DNA from: Planctomycetota bacterium
GTDB lineage: Bacteria > Planctomycetota > UBA1135 > GCA-002686595
NCBI GenBank assembly: GCA_029212845.1
Contig: JARGPD010000003.1
Coordinates: 3,417 to 67,416, forward strand
DNA length: 64,000 nucleotides
Reading direction: 5' to 3'
Under the pieces are notes generated by a model. The model was not told the origin of the DNA, searched no databases, and saw only the letters and a list, made by a program, of their open reading frames with translations. The position numbers and the translations under genes were made by a program. This document shows, piece after piece, positions 49,990-59,172 of this stretch (position 1 is the stretch's first letter; each line of letters begins with the position of its first letter).

Positions 49990-50010
49990 CCCCCCTCGGC
50001 CCCTAGCGCC

Positions 50011-50898
50011 ATGGACCTGCGCCTCTCGATCGCCCAGACCAACCCGGTCCTGGGGGACATCTCCAAGAACCTCGAGGAGCACCTGCGCTTGGCCCGGGCC
50101 GCTGCAGCCGATGGCGCTGACCTCGTCCTGTTCCCCGAGCTGTCCCTGACCGGGTACTTCCTGCGCGACCAGGTCTTCGACCTGGCCATGTACCTGGACG
50201 CCCCCGAGCTGAAGCCCCTGCTCGAGCTCTCGAAGGCGGTCTCGATCGTCTTTGGCATGGCCGAGCGCCACCCCGACGGGCGCTGCTTCAACAGCCTGGT
50301 GTTCCTCGAGGACGGTGAGGTGCTCGGAGTCCACCGCAAGGTGCACCTGGTCTCCTACGGCATGTTCGATGAGTCCCGCGACTTCGCCCCCGGCGAGGAG
50401 TGGAACACCATCGAGAGCCGCCTCGGTCGCTTCGGCCTGTTCCTGTGCGAGGACCTCTGGCACCTCGGCGGTCAGTACGTGCGCATCCTCGACCGCGTCG
50501 ACGCGCTCTTGGTCGCCAGCGCTGGGCCCGGCCGCGGCGTCGGGCCCCAGGACGGCGTCCAGGGCTTCGAGTCCCTCGGGACCTGGCGCACCCTGCTCTC
50601 GGCCGCCGCCATGCACAGCCTGAGCTACGTGGCCTGGGCCAACCGCGTCGGCTTCGAGGACGGCGTCGCCTTCAGCGGCGGCTCGGCCCTCTTCGGCCCC
50701 GACGGCCGCCTGCGCACCACCCTCGACGGCCTCGAGGAAGGCGAGCTGAGCGTCAGCCTGACCTCGGCCGAGCTGCACCGCGCCCGCCAGCGCACCCCAC
50801 TGTTGCGCGACGGGCGCCCCGAGCTGGTGCGCCGGGCCCTGGGCTGTGCCGGATCAACGGGCTCGGCCGACCTCGGGGCCGACACCCCCGCGAGCTAG
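50011..50898 (+). CDS. Carbon-nitrogen hydrolase (nitrilase superfamily); probable glutaminase partner of NadE
   Basis: E-K-C triad contexts LVLFPELSLTGY, HRKVHLV and LFLCEDLWH. Its stop lies 2 nt before the nadE start. Confidence 0.85.
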   Translation: MDLRLSIAQTNPVLGDISKNLEEHLRLARAAAADGADLVLFPELSLTGYFLRDQVFDLAMYLDAPELKPLLELSKAVSIVFGMAERHPDGRCFNSLVFLEDGEVLGVHRKVHLVSYGMFDESRDFAPGEEWNTIESRLGRFGLFLCEDLWHLGGQYVRILDRVDALLVASAGPGRGVGPQDGVQGFESLGTWRTLLSAAAMHSLSYVAWANRVGFEDGVAFSGGSALFGPDGRLRTTLDGLEEGELSVSLTSAELHRARQRTPLLRDGRPELVRRALGCAGSTGSADLGADTPAS

Positions 50899-50900
50899 TC

Positions 50901-51725
50901 GTGAGCAACCCGCTCGACATCGACCCGGCCTTCACGACCGAGGTCCTGGTGCGCTTCCTGCGCGAGGAGCTGGCCTCGGCGGGCTTCTCCCGCGCCCTCG
51001 TCGGCCTCTCCGGCGGCATCGACTCCGCCGTCAGCCTGGCCCTGGCCGCGCGCGCCTTCGGACCCGACGAGGTCCTGGGCGTGATGATGCCCTACCGCAC
51101 CTCGAACCCCGACAGCGAGGCCCACGCGCGGCTGGTCGCCCGGGAGCTGCACGTGCCCACCCGCCGGGTCGACATCAGCGCCATGGTCGACGGCTACCTC
51201 GACCAAGAGTCCGTTCCAAGCGGCATGCGCCGCGGCAATGTGATGGCCCGCATGCGCATGGTCGTGCTCTACGACCTCTCGGAGGAGTGGCGCGGCCTCG
51301 TCATCGGCACCTCCAACAAGACCGAGATGCTGCTGGGCTACTCGACCCTGTGGGGCGACTCGGCCCACGCGGTCAACCCGCTCGGGGACCTCTACAAGCA
51401 CCAGGTCTACCAGCTCGCGCGCCACCTCGAGATCCCGACCGAGGTCGTCGACAAGCCGCCCTCGGCCGACCTCTTCGAGGGCCAGACCGACGAGGACGAG
51501 CTCGGCTTCAGCTACGCCGAGGCCGACCGCCTCTTGTACCCGATGATCGACGAGCGCCACACCGAGGACGAGCTCGTCGGGAGCGGCTTCGACCGCGACT
51601 TCATCCGCCTCGTCGCCGGTCGCATCGTCCGCAACCAGTACAAGCGCGTCATGCCCGTGATCGCCAAGCTCTCGCACCGCACGATCAACCAAGACTTCCG
51701 CTACCTGCGCGACTGGAAGTCCTGA
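50901..51725 (+). CDS. nadE: NAD+ synthetase (single-domain NadE)
   Basis: GTG start at 50901. PP-loop GLSGGIDSAV. Motifs TSNKTEMLLGYSTLWGD and KPPSADL. Confidence 0.9.
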   Translation: MSNPLDIDPAFTTEVLVRFLREELASAGFSRALVGLSGGIDSAVSLALAARAFGPDEVLGVMMPYRTSNPDSEAHARLVARELHVPTRRVDISAMVDGYLDQESVPSGMRRGNVMARMRMVVLYDLSEEWRGLVIGTSNKTEMLLGYSTLWGDSAHAVNPLGDLYKHQVYQLARHLEIPTEVVDKPPSADLFEGQTDEDELGFSYAEADRLLYPMIDERHTEDELVGSGFDRDFIRLVAGRIVRNQYKRVMPVIAKLSHRTINQDFRYLRDWKS

Positions 51726-51742
51726 GCGGCTGAGAACAAGGC

Positions 51743-51775
51743 GCGGGGAGGTGACCGGCATGGCCACCTCCCCGC
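51743..51775. terminator. Bidirectional GC hairpin between convergent genes (11-bp perfect stem)
   Basis: gcggggaggtg (51743-51753) pairs with cacctccccgc (51765-51775) around an 11-nt loop. It lies between the nadE stop (51725) and the stop of 51802..52329. Confidence 0.5.
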
Positions 51776-51801
51776 ACTCCAGGACGGATGTTCGTCGGGC
51801 T

Positions 51802-52329
51802 CTACTCGGCTTGCAGCTGGGCGGCGAGGGCGTCGAAGTCGACGGTCGCCAGCTCGCCCTCTTGGATCGGGCCGAGGCTCTTGAACTTCTGGGCCTCCGA
51901 GTTGGAGGTCATCTCGATGTACGCACCGGTTGGCATCGAGGCCTTGACCGGGGTCGCCTTGGCGCCGAGGCCCATGTCGCCGACCACATTGGTGAGGCTG
52001 GCGGGCAGGTCCTCGGGCAGGGCCTCGCGACGCTCGAGGGCCAGCTTGGCCTTGCGGCAGACCTTCAGGGTCTTGGTCAGGTTGGCCTGGATGCGGGTCA
52101 ACCGCTCGATGTCCGGGTCGGGGCCGGCGAGGGAGCGCCGCACCTTGGTGCACGCCACGTCCAGAACGGCGATCAAGCAGTTCAGCTTGCGCATCACCTT
52201 CTCGCGGTACTCGGGGGAGTCGATCGGGTTCGACCCTTCGGGCTGCGAATGGAAGTCAGGATTCGAAGTCATGGGACTGCTCTCTTCGAGGATGGATGGC
52301 TCGATGTGGGCGGGGTCCCACGAGGCCAA
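51802..52329 (-). CDS. Hypothetical protein
   Basis: Non-repetitive sequence ...EYREKVMRKLNCLIAVLDVACTKVRRSLAGPDPDIERLTRIQANLTKTLKVCRKAKLALERREALPEDL... Somewhat lower GC than its neighbours. The start is uncertain (52329 or the ATG at 52272). Confidence 0.5.
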   Translation of the reverse strand: MASWDPAHIEPSILEESSPMTSNPDFHSQPEGSNPIDSPEYREKVMRKLNCLIAVLDVACTKVRRSLAGPDPDIERLTRIQANLTKTLKVCRKAKLALERREALPEDLPASLTNVVGDMGLGAKATPVKASMPTGAYIEMTSNSEAQKFKSLGPIQEGELATVDFDALAAQLQAE

Positions 52330-52442
52330 TGAAGAGTACCCCGGATTCCTCGTGCGGTCGGGCTAGCCCGGGGAAAGGACCGGAAACGCCGAATTGGGTC
52401 AAGTCCGGGCCCCCACCTGGGCCCAGGGGCCCAAGAACGGGA

Positions 52443-53519
52443 CTACTTGCCCAGCTGGAGGGTCGGCAGGGCCGACTGGAGCATCCCGGAGAGCTCGGAC
52501 TGGGTCGCCTTGCCCAGGAGGATCATCCGGTGCTCGAGGACCTCGCCCCACACCACGGTCAAGGGACCGTCGACGAAGCAGCGCACGCCATCCTGGAGCT
52601 CCGGCGCGGTGCCGTCAGGGCCGCCGCTCAGGCCTCCCGTACCCGGAGGCGAGGAGGAGCTCTTGACGCCGACGCCTAGGGCGGACTCGGGCAGGCGGGG
52701 TCCGGCGTCCAGGAAGAACACGGTCTCGATCCCGTCGGTGTAGCTCAACTTGGCCCAGGTGGTCCCCAGCGCGTCGACCACCGAGGAGGCCTCGACGAAG
52801 AAGAAGCCGGACGAAGGCAGCAGCTTGGGGATGAAGGGCTGGAAGCCGAGCTGGGCCAGGGCGGGCGTGCTCGGGTCGAGCGGCTGCTCCTGGTTGCTGG
52901 GCTGATGCAGGGTCACGCCGGTCAGGTCGGGAGCCGGGTCGAAGCTCTCGTACTCCATCTTGGAGTAGGTGTGGCCCGAGGCGTCCAGCTCCCGGTAGCG
53001 CAGCACGAGCCCGGTCTCGACGTCCATGGCCAGGTCGAAGGACAGGCTGGCGTCCTTGCGCTCGATGCTGAGCTCCAGGCAGTCGCGCCCGGCCACCTGC
53101 ACCACCTGGCCGAAGCTGGTCAGCTTGTAGTTCTGCAGGAAGGCGGCCAGGTCGCGCACCAGGAAGTCCCGGTAGCGGAAGTGGAAGCCCTCGCGCGCCT
53201 TCTGCAGCAGCTGGAAGTCGCCAGCTGGCAGGGTCGCGCCCGTGATCGCGCCGAGGGGGTTGATCGCAAAGCCGCCTTGACCGTCGGTGAAGACCTCCTC
53301 GCGGTAGACGAGGTGATCGTTCTGGCCGTCGAGGTTGTAGTTGGACTCGACCCGGCGCACGCCCGAGTGGCTGACCAGGTAGGGGGCCTGCTGGATCTGG
53401 GTGATCAGGTCGACCGCACCGGAGGTGCCGTCGGTCAGGCCCGCTGACGAGCCGCAGGAGATCGAAAGGATCCCCAGGCCGAGCGCCCCGAAGAGGGCTC
53501 CCAAGCTACGCCGGATCAT
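52443..53519 (-). CDS. Periplasmic lipoprotein, possibly MucB/RseB-like partner of the adjacent anti-sigma factor
   Basis: Lipobox LGILSISC. ATGA overlap with the anti-sigma gene. The assignment rests on position in the sigma/anti-sigma operon and a loose resemblance (VRRVESNY...HLVYREEVFTDG...CLELSIERKD). It has not been checked. Confidence 0.5.
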   Translation of the reverse strand: MIRRSLGALFGALGLGILSISCGSSAGLTDGTSGAVDLITQIQQAPYLVSHSGVRRVESNYNLDGQNDHLVYREEVFTDGQGGFAINPLGAITGATLPAGDFQLLQKAREGFHFRYRDFLVRDLAAFLQNYKLTSFGQVVQVAGRDCLELSIERKDASLSFDLAMDVETGLVLRYRELDASGHTYSKMEYESFDPAPDLTGVTLHQPSNQEQPLDPSTPALAQLGFQPFIPKLLPSSGFFFVEASSVVDALGTTWAKLSYTDGIETVFFLDAGPRLPESALGVGVKSSSSPPGTGGLSGGPDGTAPELQDGVRCFVDGPLTVVWGEVLEHRMILLGKATQSELSGMLQSALPTLQLGK

Positions 53520-54265
53520 CGCCCACCCCCGTCGTTGACGGAGCCCGGCGGCTGGTCGCTCGCGGGTTGCACAGGGTTGACCCTGCCACCGGCGAGGCCT
53601 TCGACCAAAGACCTTGCAAAAGGATCCAGATCGTCCAGGTTCGTGACCTGGACCACCGTGAAGCTCAGGCGCTGCTCCGTGGGCGAGCCATCGAGCAGCG
53701 GCGTCACCCCCCAGACGAGCAGGACGGCGGCGGCGAGCCCCCCCAGGGAGAGGGTCAGGCGGCGGCCGCCGAGCCGGCTGGGACGCAGGTCGCGCTCGAT
53801 GCGATCGGCCAGGCCCCGCGGTCCGCGGGCACGGAACAGCCCCCCGACGAAGCGCCGCGTGACGGCGGCCTCGGGATCGGAGAGCTCCTCGTCGACGAGG
53901 CGGTCGAGCACGCTGGGCGCAGCCTTGGGGGCCAGGCTCCCGACGATTCCGGCCCAGCTAGGGCGCGGGTCGGCGGCCAGCTCGGCGGCCAGGCGGGCGC
54001 CTAGGGCAGGCGGCGCGCTCTGGCGCTCGAGACCGCGGAGCAGGGCCTCCTGGCCCGCAGCGCCGACTTCGAGGGCGTCCGCGAGCGCTGCGTCCAGCGC
54101 CAAGGGCGCCGGGTGGCGCTCGAGGCTACCGAGCAGGCCGAGCTGCAGGTCCGAACGCCGGATCCAACCACGGCAGTCCCCACAAGCGGGCGCCTCTGCA
54201 GTCCGCGAGCTCGCGAGGAGGTGCTCCTCTCGGAAGGACTCGCAGTTGTGGGGGCTTGTGGACAT
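53516..54265 (-). CDS. Putative anti-sigma factor (single-pass membrane protein)
   Basis: Lies immediately downstream of the ECF sigma gene. Has an N-terminal Cys/His-containing segment, repeated P-x-x-L-x-x-R-L motifs, and the TM helix LSLGGLAAAVLLVWGV. Confidence 0.55.
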   Translation of the reverse strand: MSTSPHNCESFREEHLLASSRTAEAPACGDCRGWIRRSDLQLGLLGSLERHPAPLALDAALADALEVGAAGQEALLRGLERQSAPPALGARLAAELAADPRPSWAGIVGSLAPKAAPSVLDRLVDEELSDPEAAVTRRFVGGLFRARGPRGLADRIERDLRPSRLGGRRLTLSLGGLAAAVLLVWGVTPLLDGSPTEQRLSFTVVQVTNLDDLDPFARSLVEGLAGGRVNPVQPASDQPPGSVNDGGGR

Positions 54266-54279
54266 CGGTACGGGGAGGA

Positions 54280-54891
54280 CTAGCCCAGGTAGTGCTTGTG
54301 GAGGACCGGAGAGAGCTCCCGGTCCATGGCTGCGTGGGCGCGCGACAGGCGGGACTTGACCGTCCCGAGGCTGATCTGGAGGGTCTCGGCGACCTCTTCG
54401 TAGGAGAGGTTCTCGATGTAGCGCAGCACGGTGATCGTTCGCAACTTAGGCGAGAGGCGAGAGATAGCGCGCTGAACCTCGGCCTCGAGCTCGTGGCGGG
54501 AGGCGGCCTCGGGGGGCATCTCCAGGCGCTCGTCCTCGAGGTCGAAGCGGCTGCCGTCGGAGCCCTCACCGATGGCGTCGAGGGAGGCCAGGCGACGGGA
54601 GGACTGGCGCCGCTTCAGGTCGATGCTCGCGTTGATCGCGATGCGGTAGACCCAGCTGGAGAAGCGCGACTGGAAGCGGAAGTCGCCGACCTTGCGGAAG
54701 AGGATCCCGAAGGTCTCCTGGGAGGCGTCCAGGGCATCCGACGCGTTGCCGGTCACCCGGTAGCAGACGTTGTAGACCCGGTCCTTGTAGCGGTCGTAGA
54801 GGTCCCGGAACGGGCCCTCGAGCCCCGTGAGGGGGGCTTCTTGGCACGAGCGGACCAAGGTCTGGTCGGGATCTAGCTTGGGGGCAGCCAT
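54280..54891 (-). CDS. ECF RNA polymerase sigma factor
   Basis: Region 2 motifs FRDLYDRYKDRVYNVCYRVTGNASDALDASQETF and WVYRIAINASID. Region 4 motif LRYIENLSYEEVAETLQISLGTVKSRLSRA. The preferred start is the ATG at 54889-54891. Confidence 0.85.
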   Translation of the reverse strand: MAAPKLDPDQTLVRSCQEAPLTGLEGPFRDLYDRYKDRVYNVCYRVTGNASDALDASQETFGILFRKVGDFRFQSRFSSWVYRIAINASIDLKRRQSSRRLASLDAIGEGSDGSRFDLEDERLEMPPEAASRHELEAEVQRAISRLSPKLRTITVLRYIENLSYEEVAETLQISLGTVKSRLSRAHAAMDRELSPVLHKHYLG

Positions 54892-55009
54892 GTTCGCGTC
54901 TAGGACGCAGCATTCCGGGTGCGAGTTCCGGCCATGTGCCCAAACAATGCCATTAATGAACAAGTGCCCCTGCTGGGGCACTTCGGGGCGGCCCTGGTAG
55001 ACCGCGGGC

Positions 55010-55912
55010 TCATCCCCCGATCAAGGCGAGGGGGTCCACGATCTCCTGGATCGTGCCGGTCAGGTTGGCACAGTCCGGCGGGCAGTAGGAGTCCGCGGAG
55101 ATGGGATCGCAGTAGGAGCTGTCGACCTGCTGTTGGAGCACTGCACCAACGACACCCACGGTGCTCAGGTTCTGGACGCAGACCTGGGCGGGCGCCCAGG
55201 TGACGGGGATGTCCGGTTCATCGACGAGCGGGCGGTAGATCCCGCCGCCCGTGGCGACGTTCGAGACGACCTGGCTGACGACGCCATTGATGCCCTGCAT
55301 GTTGAGGGCCGAGGCGTTGGCCACCACGGCGCCGCCGGGCGGCGTGTAGGTCGCGAAGAGGCCGGTGCTGCCGAGGGACAGGATCAACGACTCGGGGATC
55401 GGGGTCTCCAGGAGGTAGACCGCATCACCGGGGTTCGAGCCAGGATGGACCGTCAAGCTGGCGCCGACGAAGAACAGCATCGGATCCAGGTGCAGCATGG
55501 TGCCCCCGACGAGGGCGCCAAAGGTCACCGTCGAGCCCGTGAGGTCACCACCGGGCACGTAGAGGGCGGTGACGGCCCGGAACACGCCGGCCTGGGCGCG
55601 GCCGGTCATGGCGACCATGTTCCCACCGACTTGGGGAACGTCCGCGAAGGTCTGGGGATCGCTGCCGCGTGCAAACTCTTCGAGGTCCGAGAAGCCGTCG
55701 AGGTCCGAGTCGGCGCTCAAAAGGTCGGTGTTCAGGATCGACTCTTGGACGTCGACGAGACCGTCGTTGTCCATGTCAGCGCTGCCGAGCGGGCTCGCGA
55801 GGAGGCCCGAGTCGTCCGCGAGGCCGTGACCAAGCAGGAAGCCACCGGCCGTCAAGGCCAGGGCGGGAAGCACGAGTGGCTTCCAGTTGCTGCGGGGGGT
55901 CACGTCAGGCAT
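55010..55912 (-). CDS. Membrane-anchored or secreted protein with thrombospondin-type-3-like Ca-binding repeats and a Cys-rich C-terminus
   Basis: Start ATG at 55910-55912. TM or signal segment WKPLVLPALALTAGGFLLG. Repeats DMDNDGLVDVQE and DSDLDGFSDLEEF. Four C-terminal Cys residues. Confidence 0.6.
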   Translation of the reverse strand: MPDVTPRSNWKPLVLPALALTAGGFLLGHGLADDSGLLASPLGSADMDNDGLVDVQESILNTDLLSADSDLDGFSDLEEFARGSDPQTFADVPQVGGNMVAMTGRAQAGVFRAVTALYVPGGDLTGSTVTFGALVGGTMLHLDPMLFFVGASLTVHPGSNPGDAVYLLETPIPESLILSLGSTGLFATYTPPGGAVVANASALNMQGINGVVSQVVSNVATGGGIYRPLVDEPDIPVTWAPAQVCVQNLSTVGVVGAVLQQQVDSSYCDPISADSYCPPDCANLTGTIQEIVDPLALIGG

Positions 55913-56210
55913 GGGGATCCATCTAGGGTCAGTGGGCGAGCGGCCAGAGTGGCTGCTCACCCTGCTATACACGCGTCGATCATAAGGGTAACCCGCGATT
56001 GCGGTCAACGAGTCTTGGCTGGCCCCCAGGCCAGGCCCCCTCACAGGCTTAGAGAGGGACCTGGCGGCGTCACCGAAGCCCCTTAGGGTCAAAAACTTAC
56101 GAAGGAATGCCTGGTTCCGGTCGAATCCGCCCCGCCCCCCGGCCGGGACGGGTTCCGGGCGCGCCCCTTGCCCTCCGAGTCCGGCAACCACAAACTAGCC
56201 GCCCCTCGGC

Positions 56211-56287
56211 GCGCCCGTAGCTCAGCTGGATAGAGTGCTTGCCTCCGGAGCAAGAAGTCACAGGTTCGAATCCTGTCGGGCGCACCA
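56211..56287 (+). tRNA. tRNA-Arg (anticodon CCG), with CCA encoded
   Basis: Hand-folded cloverleaf. Acceptor stem GCGCCCG/CGGGCGC, D arm GCTC-AGCTGGATA-GAGT, anticodon arm CTTGC-CTCCGGA-GCAAG (U33, CCG, G37), variable loop AAGTC, T arm ACAGG-TTCGAAT-CCTGT, discriminator A, then CCA. Confidence 0.9.
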
Positions 56288-56315
56288 CCCCCCCTCCGAC
56301 GCCCCTGGGGCCGTC

Positions 56316-57491
56316 TCAGGCCGACTTGCCGGCCGCCTCGGCCAGGATGTCGAGGACCTGGGGGAAGGTCGCCTCGCGGGTGAACCCGCGCATCTTCTCG
56401 AGGCCACTTCGGCGGAAGCGCTCCGCGAGCTCCGGATCGGCGAGCACCTTGCCCATGGCCTCGGCCAGGGGCTCCGGACTCTTGGGCGGCACCAGGAAGC
56501 CGTTGACGCCGTCCTCGACCACCTCCGGATTGCCACACACCCCGGTGCACACGATCGGCGTGCCCAAGGAGGCCACCTCGAGCAGGGTGTGCGAGAGCCC
56601 CTCGTACTCGCTGTTGAGCACGAACAGGTCCGCTGCCCGGATGTACAGCGGGATGCGCGCGTGGGGCACGTTGCCGAGGAAGGTCACCCGGTCCGTGAGC
56701 CCGAGCTGCTCCGAGAGCTGCTCCCACTCGGTCTGCATCTCGCCGTCGCCGGCGATCAGGAGGTGCACGTCGCTGGGCAGGTGCTGGAGGGCGCGCATGA
56801 TGAAGTCGACGCCCTTCCAGACGACCAGACGACAGATCGTCAGCACGTAGCGTCGGCCGCCCTCGAGGGGCTCCAGACCCAGCTCGGCGCGCGCCTCGGC
56901 CTGGGTCTCGGACACGTCCTCGACGCTCGGGCCGTTGTAGGCGTTGTGCACGCGCACGCACTTCTGCTCCGAGATGCCGTAGCGCTTGATCGGGATCCAG
57001 CGCAGGAAGTCCGAGCAGGCGATGATGCGCTTGACCCGGTTCCACCAGAACAGCTGGGCCTTGCGGATCAGCTTGACCTTCCAGCCATAGTCCTTGGTCT
57101 CGAAGACGTTGATGTCGTCCTCGCCGATCAACCCGAAGCGGTGGGAGATCTCCCAGGCGCCGTCGACCATGATGCGGATCACCACGGGGCGCCGCGCGAA
57201 CCAGGCGCCCAGCACGTGGAACAGCGCGATGTGCTCTTGGACGTAGACCACGTCGAAGTTGCGGGCCTCACGGAAGACCAGCCACATCGCCTTGAGGTAG
57301 CGCACGGCGAGGTTGCCCCGGCTGATCGTGCGGACCTCGAAGGGGAAGCCCGAGACCTCGCGCTCGGAGCAGAACGCCAGCACCTTCACTTCGTGGCCGC
57401 GCTCGACGAAGAAGCGCGCGGCCGAGGGGACATACACCGCGGGGCCGCCGAGGTCCGGTGGAAAGACCGGGCTCGTGATCAGGATTCGCAT
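56316..57491 (-). CDS. Glycosyltransferase family 4
   Basis: MRILITSPVFPPDLGGPAVY at the N-terminus. C-terminal EX7E-type region NSEYEGLSHTLLEVASLGTPIV. Confidence 0.85.
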   Translation of the reverse strand: MRILITSPVFPPDLGGPAVYVPSAARFFVERGHEVKVLAFCSEREVSGFPFEVRTISRGNLAVRYLKAMWLVFREARNFDVVYVQEHIALFHVLGAWFARRPVVIRIMVDGAWEISHRFGLIGEDDINVFETKDYGWKVKLIRKAQLFWWNRVKRIIACSDFLRWIPIKRYGISEQKCVRVHNAYNGPSVEDVSETQAEARAELGLEPLEGGRRYVLTICRLVVWKGVDFIMRALQHLPSDVHLLIAGDGEMQTEWEQLSEQLGLTDRVTFLGNVPHARIPLYIRAADLFVLNSEYEGLSHTLLEVASLGTPIVCTGVCGNPEVVEDGVNGFLVPPKSPEPLAEAMGKVLADPELAERFRRSGLEKMRGFTREATFPQVLDILAEAAGKSA

Positions 57492-58981
57492 GGCGCGGGT
57501 CTACCGCTGAACTCCAGCTGGCCCTGGTTCGCGGCACGCTCGCCACCGATCGCCTCGAGCACCTCGGGCGTGATGTCGCCGGTCGGGTACTCGCCATTGA
57601 AGCAGGCGTTGCAGAAGCCCGGCACGCTCGGGTTGCCCTCGCTCGCGGCCGCGTTCAGACGCTCGCGGTCGAGGTACATCATGTAGTCGGCCTCGAGCAC
57701 CGCTGCGACCTGGGCTGCGTTGCGGCCCGCCGCGACGAACTCGGTCTTGGTCGCCATGTCGATGCCGTAGGGGCAGGGCGAGACCAGCGGCGGGCTGCAG
57801 GAGGCCAGGTAGACCTCCTTGGCGCCGGCCGCCCGGGCCATGTTGACGATGCGCTTGGCCGTGTTGCCGCGCACCACCGAGTCGTCGACGAGCAGCACGC
57901 GCTTGCCCTCGAACTCGAGCGGGATCGTGTTCAGCTTGCGCCGCACCGAGCTCTGGCGCGAGTCCTGGCTGGGCATGATGAAGGTCCGCCCGATGTAGCG
58001 GTTCTTCACCAGGCCCTCGCGATAGGGCACGCCGAGGCCGTCAGCCATCGCCATCGCGGCCTCGCGGGAGGAGTCCGGGATCGGGATCACGACGTCGGGC
58101 TCGGGGGCGCCCTGCTCGCGCCACTGCTCGGCCATCGCCTTGCCGCTGCGCAGGCGCGTCTTGTAGACCGAGATGCCGTCGATCATCGAGTCGGGCCGCG
58201 CGAAGTAGACGAACTCGAAGATGCACGGCGAGTGGGGCTTGTCGACGACCTTGCGGCGCACGACCTGGCGGTCGCGGCCGACGAAGATGACCTCGCCCGG
58301 ACCGACGTCGATCGTGCGCTCGTAGCCGATCACGTCCAGCACGACGCTCTCGGAGGCGACCGCATAGGAGACGCCGTTCTCTCCCTGGCGCTCGCCGAAG
58401 ACGATCGGCTTGATGCCGTAGGGATCACGGAAGGCGATCATGCCGACGTCCGGCAGGGAGGCGACCACCGAGTAGGCGCCGCGCACCTTGCGGTAGACCT
58501 CGCGCACCGCATGGAACGCGTCGTCGAGGTCGACCCGGTGCCCGGGTCGCACGCGCTCGCGCAGGGCGGTCGCGAAGACGAACAGGATCACCTCGAGGTC
58601 ACAGGAGGAGTTCAAGCGCGTGCCCGAGCTCTCGAAGTGCATCTCCTTCAGCTCGATGAAGTTCGTGACGTTGCCGTTGTGGGCCATCGCGATGCCCACC
58701 GGGAAGGTCAGGTGGAAGGGCTGCGCGTCGTCGCCCGAGCCGCCGCCGACCGTGGGGTAGCGAACGTGGCCGATGCCGAGGTTGCCCTGCAGCTTCGCCA
58801 TGTTCGACTCGTTGAACACGTCCCGGACCATGCCGTTGCCCTTCTCGACGTGGAATTGGTCCGTGAAGGTGGTGATGCCTGCGGCGTCTTGGCCGCGGTG
58901 CTGGATCGCGAGGAGGCCCTCGTAGATCTCGCCAGCCACATCGGTGCCCTCAGGCCCGTAGATTCCGATGAATCCGCACAT
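57479..58981 (-). CDS. purF: Amidophosphoribosyltransferase
   Basis: Start ATG at 58979-58981 with MCGFIGIYG (Ntn Cys). Motifs RGQDAAGI, HVRYPT, and the PRTase loop VLLVDDSVVRGNT. The track ORF is over-extended. Confidence 0.9.
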   Translation of the reverse strand: MCGFIGIYGPEGTDVAGEIYEGLLAIQHRGQDAAGITTFTDQFHVEKGNGMVRDVFNESNMAKLQGNLGIGHVRYPTVGGGSGDDAQPFHLTFPVGIAMAHNGNVTNFIELKEMHFESSGTRLNSSCDLEVILFVFATALRERVRPGHRVDLDDAFHAVREVYRKVRGAYSVVASLPDVGMIAFRDPYGIKPIVFGERQGENGVSYAVASESVVLDVIGYERTIDVGPGEVIFVGRDRQVVRRKVVDKPHSPCIFEFVYFARPDSMIDGISVYKTRLRSGKAMAEQWREQGAPEPDVVIPIPDSSREAAMAMADGLGVPYREGLVKNRYIGRTFIMPSQDSRQSSVRRKLNTIPLEFEGKRVLLVDDSVVRGNTAKRIVNMARAAGAKEVYLASCSPPLVSPCPYGIDMATKTEFVAAGRNAAQVAAVLEADYMMYLDRERLNAAASEGNPSVPGFCNACFNGEYPTGDITPEVLEAIGGERAANQGQLEFSGRPAPCES

Positions 58982-59172
58982 GCTCTTGTCGCCTTCTGGG
59001 TGTTCTCGGGGGAGTGCGCCGGCGGCCAGCCGACGACGAAGCGCCAAGCTGCAGAAGATAACCCATGCCGGCCCGAGCTGGCCCCGCGGCGCCAGAGGAA
59101 TGGCTCGATGGTCCCAGCTAGAGGCCGCCGAGCGAGACCCGTGGAGCGACCCAGGCGGGCGGGCACAGGCCC

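Noticed and set aside
56211-58981. Possible genomic island integrated at tRNA-Arg(CCG).
   Set aside because: There is no integrase, no phage or conjugation genes, and no direct repeat of the tRNA 3' end that I could spot. The neighbours are housekeeping genes (GT4, purF, selU).
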